Below, in pieces: positions 37,691-49,350 of a stretch of DNA of 64,000 bases (position 1 is the first letter of the stretch; the number at the start of each line of letters is the position of its first letter). The notes under the pieces are model-generated. The model made no database searches, was not told where the DNA came from, and saw only the letters and a list, made by a program, of their open reading frames with translations. The DNA comes from Lama guanicoe (Eukaryota), in the NCBI GenBank assembly GCA_013239625.1, contig MU053754.1:1-64000 (forward strand). The letters run 5' to 3'. The position numbers were made by a program, and so were the translations under genes.

Positions 37691-38039
37691 AAACAACCAA
37701 AGAACTTTAAAAAATTTTTTTAAAAAGGGAAAGATGGCTAATTTAATGGCATAAAATCTAAAATTTCCTGCTGTCAAAAAAAAAAGATAGTAAACTAAAA
37801 AGACCAAGGACAGAGCAGTTAAAAAACACGTGCAACATTCATGTAAAACAAAAAGAAAATGTGTGAGACGTAGAAAAAGGTTGTGCAAAGAAGCCGATAA
37901 AAAGATAAATACCAGAAAAAAGAATGGGTTGTACCAATTGATCGTATCGGTTGACTACACATGGCTAGCATTGTGATTTCTGAAAGAACACCCACCCCCC
38001 AAAGTCTTTGTTAATGTGACAAGTGAAAGCTGGCAACTC

Positions 38040-38228
38040 TATTTTACTTTATTTTTTATTGAATTGTAGTTGATACACAACATGATGTAAGTTACATGTG
38101 TGCAGTACAGTGCTTCACATTTCTAAAGGTTATATACTCCGTGTATAGCTCGTATTAAAATATTGGCTATATTCCCTTTGCTGGGCAGTATATCCTTGTC
38201 AGCTTGCTTTATACCTAATAATTTGCAC
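38040..38228 (-). mobile_element. L1 3' tail
   Basis: ttttattgaattgtagttgatacaca..aaatattggctatattccct. Degenerate TSD tgaaagctggcaactct / tgaaagagggcagctct. Confidence 0.75.
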
Positions 38229-38652
38229 TGAAAGAGGGCAGCTCTTTTTCAGAAAGTTACATATGCCGTACTGTATTGACTCCTAAACAGATCAGACGTT
38301 TTTCTTTCTTCTTTTTTTAATTAAACAACAACAAAAAAATAACGTTGTCGTTTATCCAGCATGTATTCATAATAAGCCCCATCCTCCATGGATGACATTG
38401 CTCGGAGGAGGTATGCAGCGGAATCTTCCAGGAGTTTGCCTCTGCTGACCGTACCTCTGTGTTTAGCTTACAAAGTGTATTTTAAATATTCAGCCAGCAG
38501 TTTGGGTTTTTTTTCCTGCATCCCAAGCCATCAATGACATAATTATTAAAACTCAACTCAAGCAACAAATTGGATTATATTTTCACATGGGTGCTTCTCT
38601 TCATTGAAAATTCCTGAAGGGAATTTTCAAATAAACTTTAAGGTGTCTAGGA

Positions 38653-38657
<5 letters not shown>

Positions 38658-38688
<31 letters not shown>
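38658..38688. repeat. (TG)n microsatellite; similar tracts at ~22103-22122, 27450-27486, 48331-48350 (AC), 49217-49241 and 62009-62035
   Basis: Direct reading. Confidence 0.95.
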
Positions 38689-38690
<2 letters not shown>

Positions 38691-41600
38691 ACATGTCCTT
38701 TTGCATTAAGTTCCTCTTCAACGGCATCCTAAATAGCACACCTTAAAACATGCACGCGTGGGTAAAATTTGCTTAATCACGTCAGCGTGATGCTAACTCC
38801 CCGATGTGGCAGCTGAATTTTTAAAAATGGAAATGCATGAGTTTAATGCAGAGTATCAACTCTTGGGTGTATGTGTGGAACGGCAGTTTAGCTCTGAATG
38901 AGATGAAAGATGACCTCCAGCCCCACTGTTGCAATCCCCGCTTACCCAGATAATCAGCAGACTGAGCCTGCAGACAGGCAGCATCGACCCTGGGACTTTT
39001 GACACGGTCTGGTATTACAAAAACCTCTGCCTAATGGACAGATTTTTTTTATTCAAGCAGATCTACACGGGACAGACATGAAATACTTCCCATTACAGCC
39101 CACTGTTTACCTGAATGCAAGATACATAAGGAGGTTTTGAAACTTCAAGAAGGTGTTTGGGAAGTGATGACAGCCCGTCCCTTGTAAAGGAGTGACTCCT
39201 GCAGACCCACCTGTGTCTGATTTTCTTCCCACAACTGTCAAACTTATTTAATGAGGAGACAGTGTAAGAAAATCACATGCTAGATTTCCAAAGGTAAACA
39301 CTAAGCTTCAGGATATATGCAAAAAAAAAAAATTAGGGAGATGCGCCATTAGACTGTTCGGGAGGGCTTCATGTGAACTTTTAAAAACACAGGGCTTCCG
39401 AAAATAGTGTGTGGGCTATGGTTAGTGGGGTATACGTTTGTTTAGGTTCAAACTCCTTGCAGCCTCGAAGAAGAAAACGAATCTATGATACGTTAAAGTA
39501 AAATTCCGTTTGCCAGGATGTTCCATCGTTGACACTTTCTGAATGTATGTTGGAGGGGTTCTTGGTGAGCGGCTGGGCATGGGGTACAGGGTGTCCCTGA
39601 CCAGCCTGGCAGCGGCTGGGCTTGGGGGCTGTTTTCTGTTCGTACAGGGTCCACCAGGTGTCAGGAGGAAGTGACCGCTGACCTCTAGCTCCACATAGTT
39701 CCAGGGCAGAGTTCTGGAAGCCCTATGCAGCGGCATCTCCTATACCCCTTTGCAAGAGAAAAACTATTTGTTTAGTTGTTGACTGTGTCAGCCGTATTTT
39801 TTTTTTTTTATGCTGAACGTTTGCCTCGCTACGTGTAATTCTTTTTCTGACGGCCCAGGTCATCCGTATTATACAAAACCAAAGAATGCAGAGACTGAGA
39901 AGGGAAAGGGGGTGCCGTATGTGACCCCACCCCATTAGGTAAACTCGTTCATGGGTCATTCCATAAGTTTCCTTTTTTTTATACGTCGCCCATGCTTTGT
40001 AAGAATGTTCGGATAGGATTCTTACTGTCGTTGAGTGTTTGATACAAATTCCATCCAATGTTTTGCAATATTTCTTTATCCCTTACCTGTCTACTTGGGC
40101 ATCTTTCAGTGTAAGCATTTCGGTTTTCATGTCCTCTCTCTTCAACGACAGTTTATTTAATCATTCTTCTCGGGGGTGGGCATCTGACTTCCCACCCACT
40201 TTTTGCTGTTCTATTTCCAGCTCTGCTGTCGCAAACATTCTTCTCTATGTATATCTGTGTGAATCTGTGGGAGCGTTTTTTACAAGGAAGATTTGCCAAA
40301 ATTACAACGCGGGATCAGAGTATTTAAAAATGGAGTTTTAGTAGCTGTTACCTGCAGTGTCTTACCCGTGTTTTTTTCTGGGACACCCGCTGGTCTGTGA
40401 TGTCGCTAATTTCTTCATCATCCTACCAACTCCAGATACTGTGATTCCAAAACTGTAGTTGCCAAAGGACGTTTCCTTGTCTGTTTGTCAGGTGAAAAAT
40501 GCCCTTTCACCATTTAAATTTCCCTTGCTGCTGCACGTGGAGTTGAGACTTTCTGTTTTAGTCCACGGTTTTCTATTTTCTCCTCAGAATCCCCTGTTCA
40601 CACTTTTTGGCCACTTTTCTCTTGAATTGTTGGTCCCCTAATTGAGTTGTACGGATTGTCCATGCGTTAAGTCATGAATATTTCACTTGTTATGTTGCAA
40701 ATGGTTTTCCTGCTTTTTTGTTTGGCACGTTGCTTGTAGAGTCGTTTTGATGAATTCCCGTGGTCGAATTTGAAGGCCTTTTCCTTCATGACTTTAGGGA
40801 TTGATGACTGGTGGGAAAAAAGGCTCTCTCTACCCACAAAATTACATACATTTCTGTCATACTGCTGTCTGTTATGTTTATGTTCTTATGACTTACAGTT
40901 AGATGTTTAATCTATGGAGAGGAACGTGGGTGTGGGAGTGTGTGTGTGTGTCTCCATGTATAGCCTTTGCTCATCATTGTGGGCATCAGTCGGGGTTGGG
41001 TACCACCCTTGGCTGGTGTGGGACCTCACAGAACTTGAGTGACACATGTTTGGTGGCCCGAGGCTGTACTTTGTCTCCAGGCAGGAGGCAGCAGGTCAGG
41101 CTCTTTCTGCAGGTCTCTGCGGAGTTCACAACTGAAGAGCCGTTACAGCCACCACGTGGCAGGTGGCTGTGGTCCGGTGGTCTCTTCCCAGGCCGAGCAG
41201 CACGGAACAGTTCATCACACAAGGTCTGCCCTGTGAGGGGCAGTGGGGATCAGCTCACGCCTGCCCCGACACCCCCGGAAGCTGATGTCAAAGCGTCTTA
41301 GGGCAGGCGGGAATGTTGGCCACACCCCTTCCACTGCCTGTTTCCCTCTGGAGTCACTGTTCCACCTGGCCCAGGGCACAAAGCGTTCAGATCGTGCCAC
41401 GGGGAGAGGCTGTCCCACAGAGGGAGATCCCTGCTCTGCTCCCCAGTGTCTTCCTGGGCAGTGAGAGGGGAGCAGTTGGCAGGTGCCGTGTGAGCCCACC
41501 TGCATCCGAAGCTCCAGGTGGGCACACCTGGGACCCTGCTCTGCCTTCCCGTGGTGGTCCTCAGTCAGTTATGTTCCTTCTAGATTGGTTGTGTCACTTT

Positions 41601-41719
41601 TGCAAAAGAGGGTCAGGAAAAGGAGGGGGGCGGAAATGGATGTATATCCACCATGTTTCCAGAATCCTCACAAACCAGCGTGAAAGCTTTATTGAGTTTT
41701 GCTTTTAGAAGAGGGAAGT

Positions 41720-41851
41720 GGGGAGGGTATAGCTCAAGTGGTAGAGCGCATGCTTAGCATGCACGAGGTCCTGGGTTCAATCCCCAGTGCCGCCTCTAAA
41801 AATAAATAAACAAATAAACCTATTTACCTCCCCCCTGCCAAAGAAAAATAA
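41720..41851 (+). mobile_element. tRNA-Ala-derived SINE
   Basis: ggggagggtatagctcaagtggtagagcgcatgcttagcatgcacgaggtcctgggttcaatcccc. TSD tagaagagg at 41706 and 41852. Confidence 0.93.
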
Positions 41852-42229
41852 TAGAAGAGGAAAAATAAAAATATGGGCTCATTCGAAGGCTTTTATACCA
41901 TGTGACTGGATGTGCGGTTTCACGAAAGTGGGCAGTCCATGAGCGGAGTGCTTTCTTCCACCTGCTGAGACAGGCTGTTAGGGACGAGACCGCCCTTGGC
42001 TGTGTTCAGTGAGAGGTGCGGTGTCAGGTTCTCGTCTCTGGTCCCTGCCTTTCCGATTCTCACCACCTCTTCTGGCTTTGTCCCCCTGTCACCCCACCAC
42101 CGCTCGCCTCGCCGACTGTGCTCATGGTTCTCATGGTGGCCGTGCACCTTCTCGCTGCCCACCCTCACTCCCTCCAGGTGCCGTGCATTCATGGTCATCC
42201 CCGTGTGGTCCTGTGGGGAGGAGGCTGCA

Positions 42230-42560
42230 TGAGCCCATTTTACAGATGTGAAAACCAGGGCACACAACAGAGCAGCTTGTCCAGCAAGCTGTCACAGCTG
42301 GCCAAGGGCAGAGGCAGAATTCGGACGTGGGTCTGTGCCGTGACGTCCCACGTGGTGTTAACTGGGATGGCTGTCCTTACGGGATGTGGCTTCTGTGCGT
42401 TGATGGCAGTGGGATGGCCAGGGAAAGGCGTAGACTTTGGGGCCAGATGCCTGAGGTTCCACCGCAGGTGGGTAAACCTGGGCAGGTTACCTGTCTCCTG
42501 GGCCTCTACTTCCTCATCTGCAAAATGGGATTCCAGGATTACCTGTCTTGCTGGGATGTG
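42230..42560. mobile_element. Two MIR fragments in opposite orientation (~42230-42335 minus, ~42420-42560 plus)
   Basis: cccattttacagatgtgaaaac.. and ..gcctctacttcctcatctgcaaaatggg. Confidence 0.65.
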
Positions 42561-45500
42561 TTGGAGAAGGCCTGGGATGTATTCAGGACTGTATTGATGG
42601 CCCTTAGGATTATGACAGCTGCACACAGCTTCCATCGCCTCGCTGCTCGCATTGTGTGTCTTCAACTCACCATCTCTCCTCTGACTAGACTTTCAAAGGC
42701 TTTTTTTGGTGGGAAAAGGGAGCAAATGGCTGTAGATGTCCTGGGGCCCAGTTCAATGTGTTAGGGTCTTGTGACCTTCTGTTGGTTTGATGTGTCGCCA
42801 TGAGAAAATGGAGTATTTGGCATCCTTCCCTCAGCCTTTGCCATCTGAGTTCATTGGAGCATGACTTGCTGCCTATGGTCTGAAGGAGCTGCATCTCCAG
42901 GGAATGGAGTGGAAATTCAGGGTCGCCAACTGTCTGTGTTTGCAGGTGATTTCTGGGCTCCCCCACTGGGGTGCTCAACATGGTGCCTGGAGCCCTGGGT
43001 TGGGGGCAGCGATGACTGAACGTTCTTCAGTTATCTTAGGGACGGATCCATGTGGGAAGGGAAGTCTTGTTTAGGGCAGGGCTCTGTTAGTCTCTTCATT
43101 TGCTCCCAAGCAGCAAATAAAAGTGAAGACAGGTTATAAAACAGCAGTATTTCTATAAAGTAACTTCTTCTCCATCCCAAATAGGTCTTGTCCATTTGGG
43201 TACCGCGAGCACCACGGACGTGAAAAACTGAGATTGAACTAGCTTCTGTCCTTTCTTGAGTTTACTGAGTGCTTGCTGGGCTTGACACGAAATTTCATCT
43301 GTTGAATGTCGTTACCGCTGGCGCCCCTATCGACTCTAATTTAGACGAAGATGACTGCGAACACTTATCAGTTATTTAAATTTTAGAACAAACACTCAGT
43401 GACATTCCCCTCCATGGTCTCCTTTGAGTCAGTCATGGCAAAATGTAACTTCGGCAACACGTTCACATTTCCAGTTCGTAGAAAATTGTTACAGAAGGAA
43501 CACTGTTGTCATAATGTTTTTTCATTCCGAAGTAAGACAATGGCCAGAAAAGAGCAAAAAATGACAAAATTACAGCATTTTAAGCCTTTTAACTGGGATC
43601 ATTCAAAGCTAGAATTGCCTGTCCGGTACTCCCGTCGACATGACCGTTTCTTGCCTGCCAAACCGTGTCGGTAACAACCATCTCATCAATGCATTTATGC
43701 ATCTGACTTTTAGCAAGTAAATAAGAAGGAGGGAAACCTGCAAGAAATAAGCTTCTCGGACAATCTTGGAAGCTTTGAAGACGGACTTCTCGCTCTATCT
43801 GTACAACTTGACGTCTGGGTTTTCCCTAGCGCGGCTTTGCCGTTAAGCCGAGGCGGGCGGAAAGGACAGAAAGGGCGCTACGGTTTATGCTGAAGTAGAA
43901 GCACAGTTACCATAATTGCCAGTAGGGTAGATGTTTCTGTTCTCTGCCACCTTGTCCTCAGAGAACTTCCGGAGAGGTCATCCCACCACAGGGAAGCTTC
44001 TGTAGAGAGCGGCTCTTCTGAACAGGGGTGAGGCTTGCTCAGACATCATGGCCACGGAGGGAGCCGTCCCTTCAGCTGGGGTTACAAGAAAGGGCACGTT
44101 GGCCGGGGCAGGACAGATAGACTGAGGACAACCACAGGTGTGGTGAGCACTGATGACACCCCAGGGTGGAGCCCACACACCCCTGCAGGTGTGTGTGCCT
44201 GCACTTGCCTGCACGGAACTCCAGGTCGTGCCCTACACGTGCGCCCCCCTTGTCTGCCCACAAGGCAGGAAGCCCCTTGGCGAATCGTGGCTCTGCACGC
44301 GGCCTCCACTGGCTTTCGGCCACAGCTCTGTATTGCACGACCTCGTTCTGCCTGCAAGTCTTTTTTATTCTCATGGGGGAAAGCTTTCAATCCCTTTGCT
44401 CGCAGCTCTGCTCCAGAGTCCCACGTGAAGCGTCTCTTACTCCGAAGGATGGCTGTTCTTCCTTTGAAACTAGGCAGGCCTAGGTGGACTGGAGGTGGGG
44501 GTCACTGGTCAGAGTCGGGTCTGCTGTCTGGCATTGGTTTCTCATTCTGCTCTGAAAGCAACCGTGGGAGAGGGTGTAGGGCTTGCCGTTGTTTGAGGAG
44601 GGAGAAGAAAGACTTCCAGACTGTTGGCTACTTAAACCCTGGAGATCAGCTCCGCCAACCCTGTTGGCTCTCCGTTGCTGTCTACACCGCAGGATCAGAC
44701 ATCTCCGCCCTTGGGCTGCGTCCTGGAGTCTCAGAGTTGAACCACTCATGCTTGCTGGCCATGAGTCCCTCATACACATTTATCAGGCTTCTTTATTCAG
44801 GGCTTTTTAGAGAGTAAAGAGGTGGAATTCCTAACCCAGAGCCATTGCCAAGAAAATGTGGTTAAGACAAAGGCAAGTTAGGGCCACAGAGGACCTAAAG
44901 AGTAGAGCCGTTTAATTGTCCCGCTTCCTCAAGCTTGTATGGGTGGCAGTGTTGAAGTTCTTTTCTGCTCTGTTCCTCCATGACCCCTGCCCCATCCGTT
45001 TGTCCAGCAAGTCCACACGCCCGACACACGCCATGGTCAGTCCTGGGCTCTGCTCTCAACTGCATGCGTGTTAAATGCTTTGCTTGTGCCATTGAGTGTC
45101 TGTCTTCCAAAGTGCAATTTTTTTTCTCCATGACCTATACTTGATTTTATCTCTGCGCGTTAGCTGCGCACATCTGGAAGGCTGAAGGTAAATCAAGGTA
45201 TCAGAAAATCCGATGGTAGGGCAGCTAGAATAAAGGGGAAAAAAAATAATATCCATATATATGTTTTCTAGTTCTCCCCCCTTTCTGTGGGAGTTCCCAG
45301 GAAATCTGTATGTATCACATAATAGTAAAGAGTGTTTTGCAACCTCAGCCCAGCGATGCAGACACTACAAAGTTAAGATGGGTGGGGAGGACGCTGGAGC
45401 AGGACCAATGCAATTCGCTCGACCCAAAATTTGGCCGTAAGATTTAGTTGGAAATTCATCGTGTAGAATATTGATTTTCATTCCCTAAATTAATTAATCT

Positions 45501-45649
45501 TATAAATCATTAACCTCTGGGTTTTATAAACTCTGTAACCACATTACTAATTTTGCAAAGCCCGAAGCTTAATTTCATGGTCTTGGGCCTGAAGTGGGTT
45601 TTTTTTTTTTTTACCTTGAATTTACGTCTCAATTTAAAATGAATAGTTT

Positions 45650-46060
45650 CTTTTATGGAAGTACCGTTGATTTACAATGTTGTGTTAGTTTCAGGTGTAC
45701 AGCAAAGTGATTCAGATATATATACTGAATTCTTTTTCAGGTTCTTTCATTATAGGTTATTATAAGATATTGAATATAGTTCCCTGTGCTGTACAGTGGG
45801 TCCTTGTTGTTTATCTATTTTATATACAGTAGTGTATATTTGTTAATCCCAGACTCTAACTTGTCCCTCCCCCACCCCTTTCCCCTTTGGTCACCATAAG
45901 TTTGTTTTCTGTCTGTGGGTCTGTTTCTACTTTGTAAGTAGGTTCGTTTGCATCATTTTTTTTTCGATTCCACCTATTAGTTGTATCATATGGTATTTGT
46001 CTTTCTCTGTCTGACAGTTTACTGACTATGATCACCTCTAGGTCCGTTCATGGGGCTGCA
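45650..46060 (-). mobile_element. L1 3' end
   Basis: gttgatttacaatgttgtgttagtttcaggtgtacagcaaagtgattcag..gatattgaatatagttccctgtgct..tatggtatttgtctttctct. Confidence 0.9.
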
Positions 46061-46099
46061 GACTCTTTCATAAATAATTTCCATAAAGAAGATAATACT

Positions 46100-46320
46100 G
46101 TTTGAGATTTGCAGATACAAACTACTGTACATGAAATAGACAAACAATAAGTTCATACTGTACAGCACAGGGAACTGTATTCAATATCTTGTAGTAACCT
46201 ACAATGAAGAACAATATGAAAATGAATCTATGTGTGTATATGTATGACTGAGCTATCATGCTGTACACGAGAAACTGACACAACATTGTAAACTGACTGT
46301 ACTTCAATTTAAAAAAAAAG
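46100..46320 (+). mobile_element. L1 3' end
   Basis: gagatttgcagatacaaactact..cacagggaactgtattcaatatcttgta..cattgtaaactgactgtacttcaat plus A-tail. TSD-like agataatactgt / agaaaatactgt. Confidence 0.9.
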
Positions 46321-47080
46321 AAAATACTGTAGATTATCATGGAATCAAGCTGCCCGATTAATTCAAACAGTATTAACAAGATTTATAGTAACATAGCAAT
46401 AACCACCATCACCACAGTAGTAGTAGACAATTATTGGCTAACAGCAGCTAAAATTTAAAAGCCTTTGGTGTGTGTGGTATTCCTTCCAGCTAGATTTGTG
46501 TCCACTCCTGTGTGCTCGACTTTGCCGCACATATTGACAGTATCTTTGTTCAAAATTAAACAGTGGATGCAGGGAACTGGAGGATGCAGATGTGGGAATC
46601 AAAGGGGGGTTTTGGGCAATACTCCTCCCACCTTCAACCCCTTCTAATGAGCACATTCAATTTGCTAGTTGAGTATTTCTAGGCCCAGAAAGAAAAGATA
46701 CGTCAGGATTCGAGAGATGGGGTTAAAGCAATGCTCAAATAATATTCCACTGAGAACCAGTGTATATATTTGAAGGAGGAGGTCAAAATTCAGGTTCAGG
46801 AGTAGATGAATACCTGTTGCCTTTGAGTCGTGACCCAATTAGGGTCTGTCTAGAGGCCACATGGAGCAGTCCCCCTGCAGTATACAACGTGTATGTGTAG
46901 TCAAACTGTAATAATTCTACGTAATAAAACTGAAAAAGGAAAAAAAAAAATCCCCCTGCAGAGGTGTGCTGCACCTGCTCGAATTAGCTGAATTAACCAA
47001 TCAGCTGAAATGAAGTTACGTATTTAGAGTAGTCAGCACGGTGCCTGGAATGCAAGAACTGATAAATGCTAGCTGTCATT

Positions 47081-47098
47081 TTATTATTATTATTATTA

Positions 47099-47130
<32 letters not shown>
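47081..47130. repeat. (TTA)n microsatellite with one interruption
   Basis: Direct reading. Confidence 0.95.
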
Positions 47131-48909
47131 AATCCCTTTCATAGGTAGGCAAAGCATCTTTGCTTACAATGCGCATATGCCCCCATTATTTTGAGCAGAA
47201 AAATCATAAATGGAAAAAAAAAGTCTGTGATGGAACAGAAGACACAGATTTGCAGTGTCTCGTGGGTTTTTATATTATTAGCAGTATTTCCGTGTGTGTT
47301 TGAGATGTCCCCTTTGGACTTCCCAGTTTTTGAAACAGCCCATCTGCCCACACAGCCTTGGTATTTAGGTTCTTGGGGGAAGAGCTGACCTGTATCTAAG
47401 AGCCTGAGCTCTCCCCTGTAAAGTTAACACATCATCCTAGAGTTAGGCCACCTGGATTCAGAGCCAAGCATGAGAGAGAAGCTTGGTGTGCAGTGTTAGT
47501 CGGTGTGTCTGGGTTTTAATTTGAGCGTCGTGTGTGAGTGGAACCCGTGATTCTTGTACAATGCATCTCCAAAGGGAAGCGTAATTTTCCTTTCTGTATC
47601 TTCAGCTTTAGAGATGGTAGAATCTCCCATGCGGAAAAAAAAAAAAAATCTAGTCCTGAAATAAGGAGTATGGACGATGTGGTGAAGGATCATAAATGAG
47701 AGTGTTCTGAAGGGGTTAATTACCTTGATCGTTGTCCGTGGCCTCGAGACCTTCTCTGCTCACAGCCCAGCTCGGTTGGGCGGGAAGTGTACGGCCGTCT
47801 CTCCCATAGCTGGAGAAGCTCCCGCTGGTCTGTTTCCAGCACAATCAGAGGAATTGCCCTGGAGGCATGCAGGCCACGCCGTACCCCGTCACAGAGCCTG
47901 GATGACCTCCCACGGCAAGTTCCACCAGTGGCCACTCCAGACAGCAAACGGCTGCCCCGGGATCTGCAAGCTTTCTTTTCCGCAAGACAGTCAAGTCTGG
48001 CAAATACAGTGGCGTGGCCAGATCAAGAGACCACGTGTTCACTCTGAGCGCTGCCCTTTGCAAAGACTTCCTGCCGGTCTGATGGCCCGCTGCTCGGGTC
48101 AGCCAGCCCGCTGTGATCCTGGTAACCCTGGGGAAGCCCTGACCACAGACCCTTCCTCGGACTCGCAGGCACACTGACTTTAAGTGCTTCCACAGACACA
48201 CTGTGTGTTCAGTGACACTGTCCTTCTCTGTTCGCGGGAGAGCACCGGTTTGCTGGGTGAGAATGAGAACTGGTTGGAGTTATTTAAATTATTTCCATCC
48301 AAGGTAACACCCTAGAGGGGAGAAAAGAAAACACACACACACACACACACAAGATATTGTCAGTCCGAGAAGATAGCTGAGCAGAGCCGTGAAGGTATCC
48401 CAGATGGTGCGAGCAGACGCCGGTGCAGCGGGATAAATCACACCTTATGGCTGGGGTGAGGGTGGAGATGGGCTTCGTGGAGGAAATCAGAACATCATCA
48501 TCCAGCCAAGTACAACACAGAATCAGGTGGACTTCCTGGAAACGGTGTGGACTCAGAGGGGAGCAAACCCAACAGGGAAGGGAAGCAAAGGGAAGGAAAG
48601 GGAATGAAAGGGCGACCGTACACTGGCAACATTTCCATCTTGGTGTTTCCTGTTTCTTACTTACCCTGATCACCCTAATGATCTGTTTACTGTGTTTAGG
48701 TACCATGTTTAAAAATTATGTGTTAAGTTGCATGTAAGCACCCTCTTGCTCCCCCTCCCTCCGTTCCTGAAACCATCCTGCAGGAGTTTCATTTTCGGTG
48801 CCTCCTTGGACCTTGTGTCTTGGGGGGCATCTGAGTAAATGGGTCCCAAACTGTATCTCATGCAACAGTTGTGTTGCAGCCGAATAGAGTAACACAAAAC
48901 GCCAAGTCT

Positions 48910-49210
48910 TTTTTTTTTTACTTATATATATTTTTTTCAGATTCTTTTCCATTACAGCTCATTACAAGGAATTGAATATAGTTCCCTGTGCTATATAGTA
49001 GGTCCTTGCTGTTTATCTATTTTATTTTTTTATTAGTTTTGGTTTCCTATTTATTTAATCAGACTAGTTACATAAGTTGTCAATACATATTTTTATCCAA
49101 GAAATGTACAAACATGCTTACTTATACAATAGTATGCTAGAACCACCTTGTACTGGCTTACAAAATTTCTTTTGCATGCAGGATCCATTCTACATTTTAA
49201 AAATCTATTT

Positions 49211-49241
<31 letters not shown>

Positions 49242-49350
49242 ACACATATAGAGTAGTTTGTATCTATTAATCCCAAAGCCCTAATCTGTTCCTCTTTCCA
49301 CCTCCCCCTCTGGTAACCACAATTTGTTTTCTGTGTCCATGAGTCTATTT
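48910..49350 (-). mobile_element. L1 3' region interrupted by a ~180 bp insertion
   Basis: tcagattcttttccattac..tagttccctgtgctat..gtttatctattttat [insert] atctattttatata..aatcccaaa..tggtaaccacaatttgttttctgtgtc. Confidence 0.85.
49026..49202 (-). pseudogene. Putative retroposed 3' end of an unidentified mRNA
   Basis: Perfect TSD atctattttat (49015-49025, 49203-49213). On the minus strand AATAAA (49055-49050) lies ~15 nt before an A-rich tail. Body is AU-rich and not recognised as a repeat. Confidence 0.55.

Noticed and set aside
44035..44817. 260-aa ORF and overlapping ORFs in intron 6
   Set aside because: Non-ATG start, GC-rich intronic composition, no recognisable motif or exon structure.
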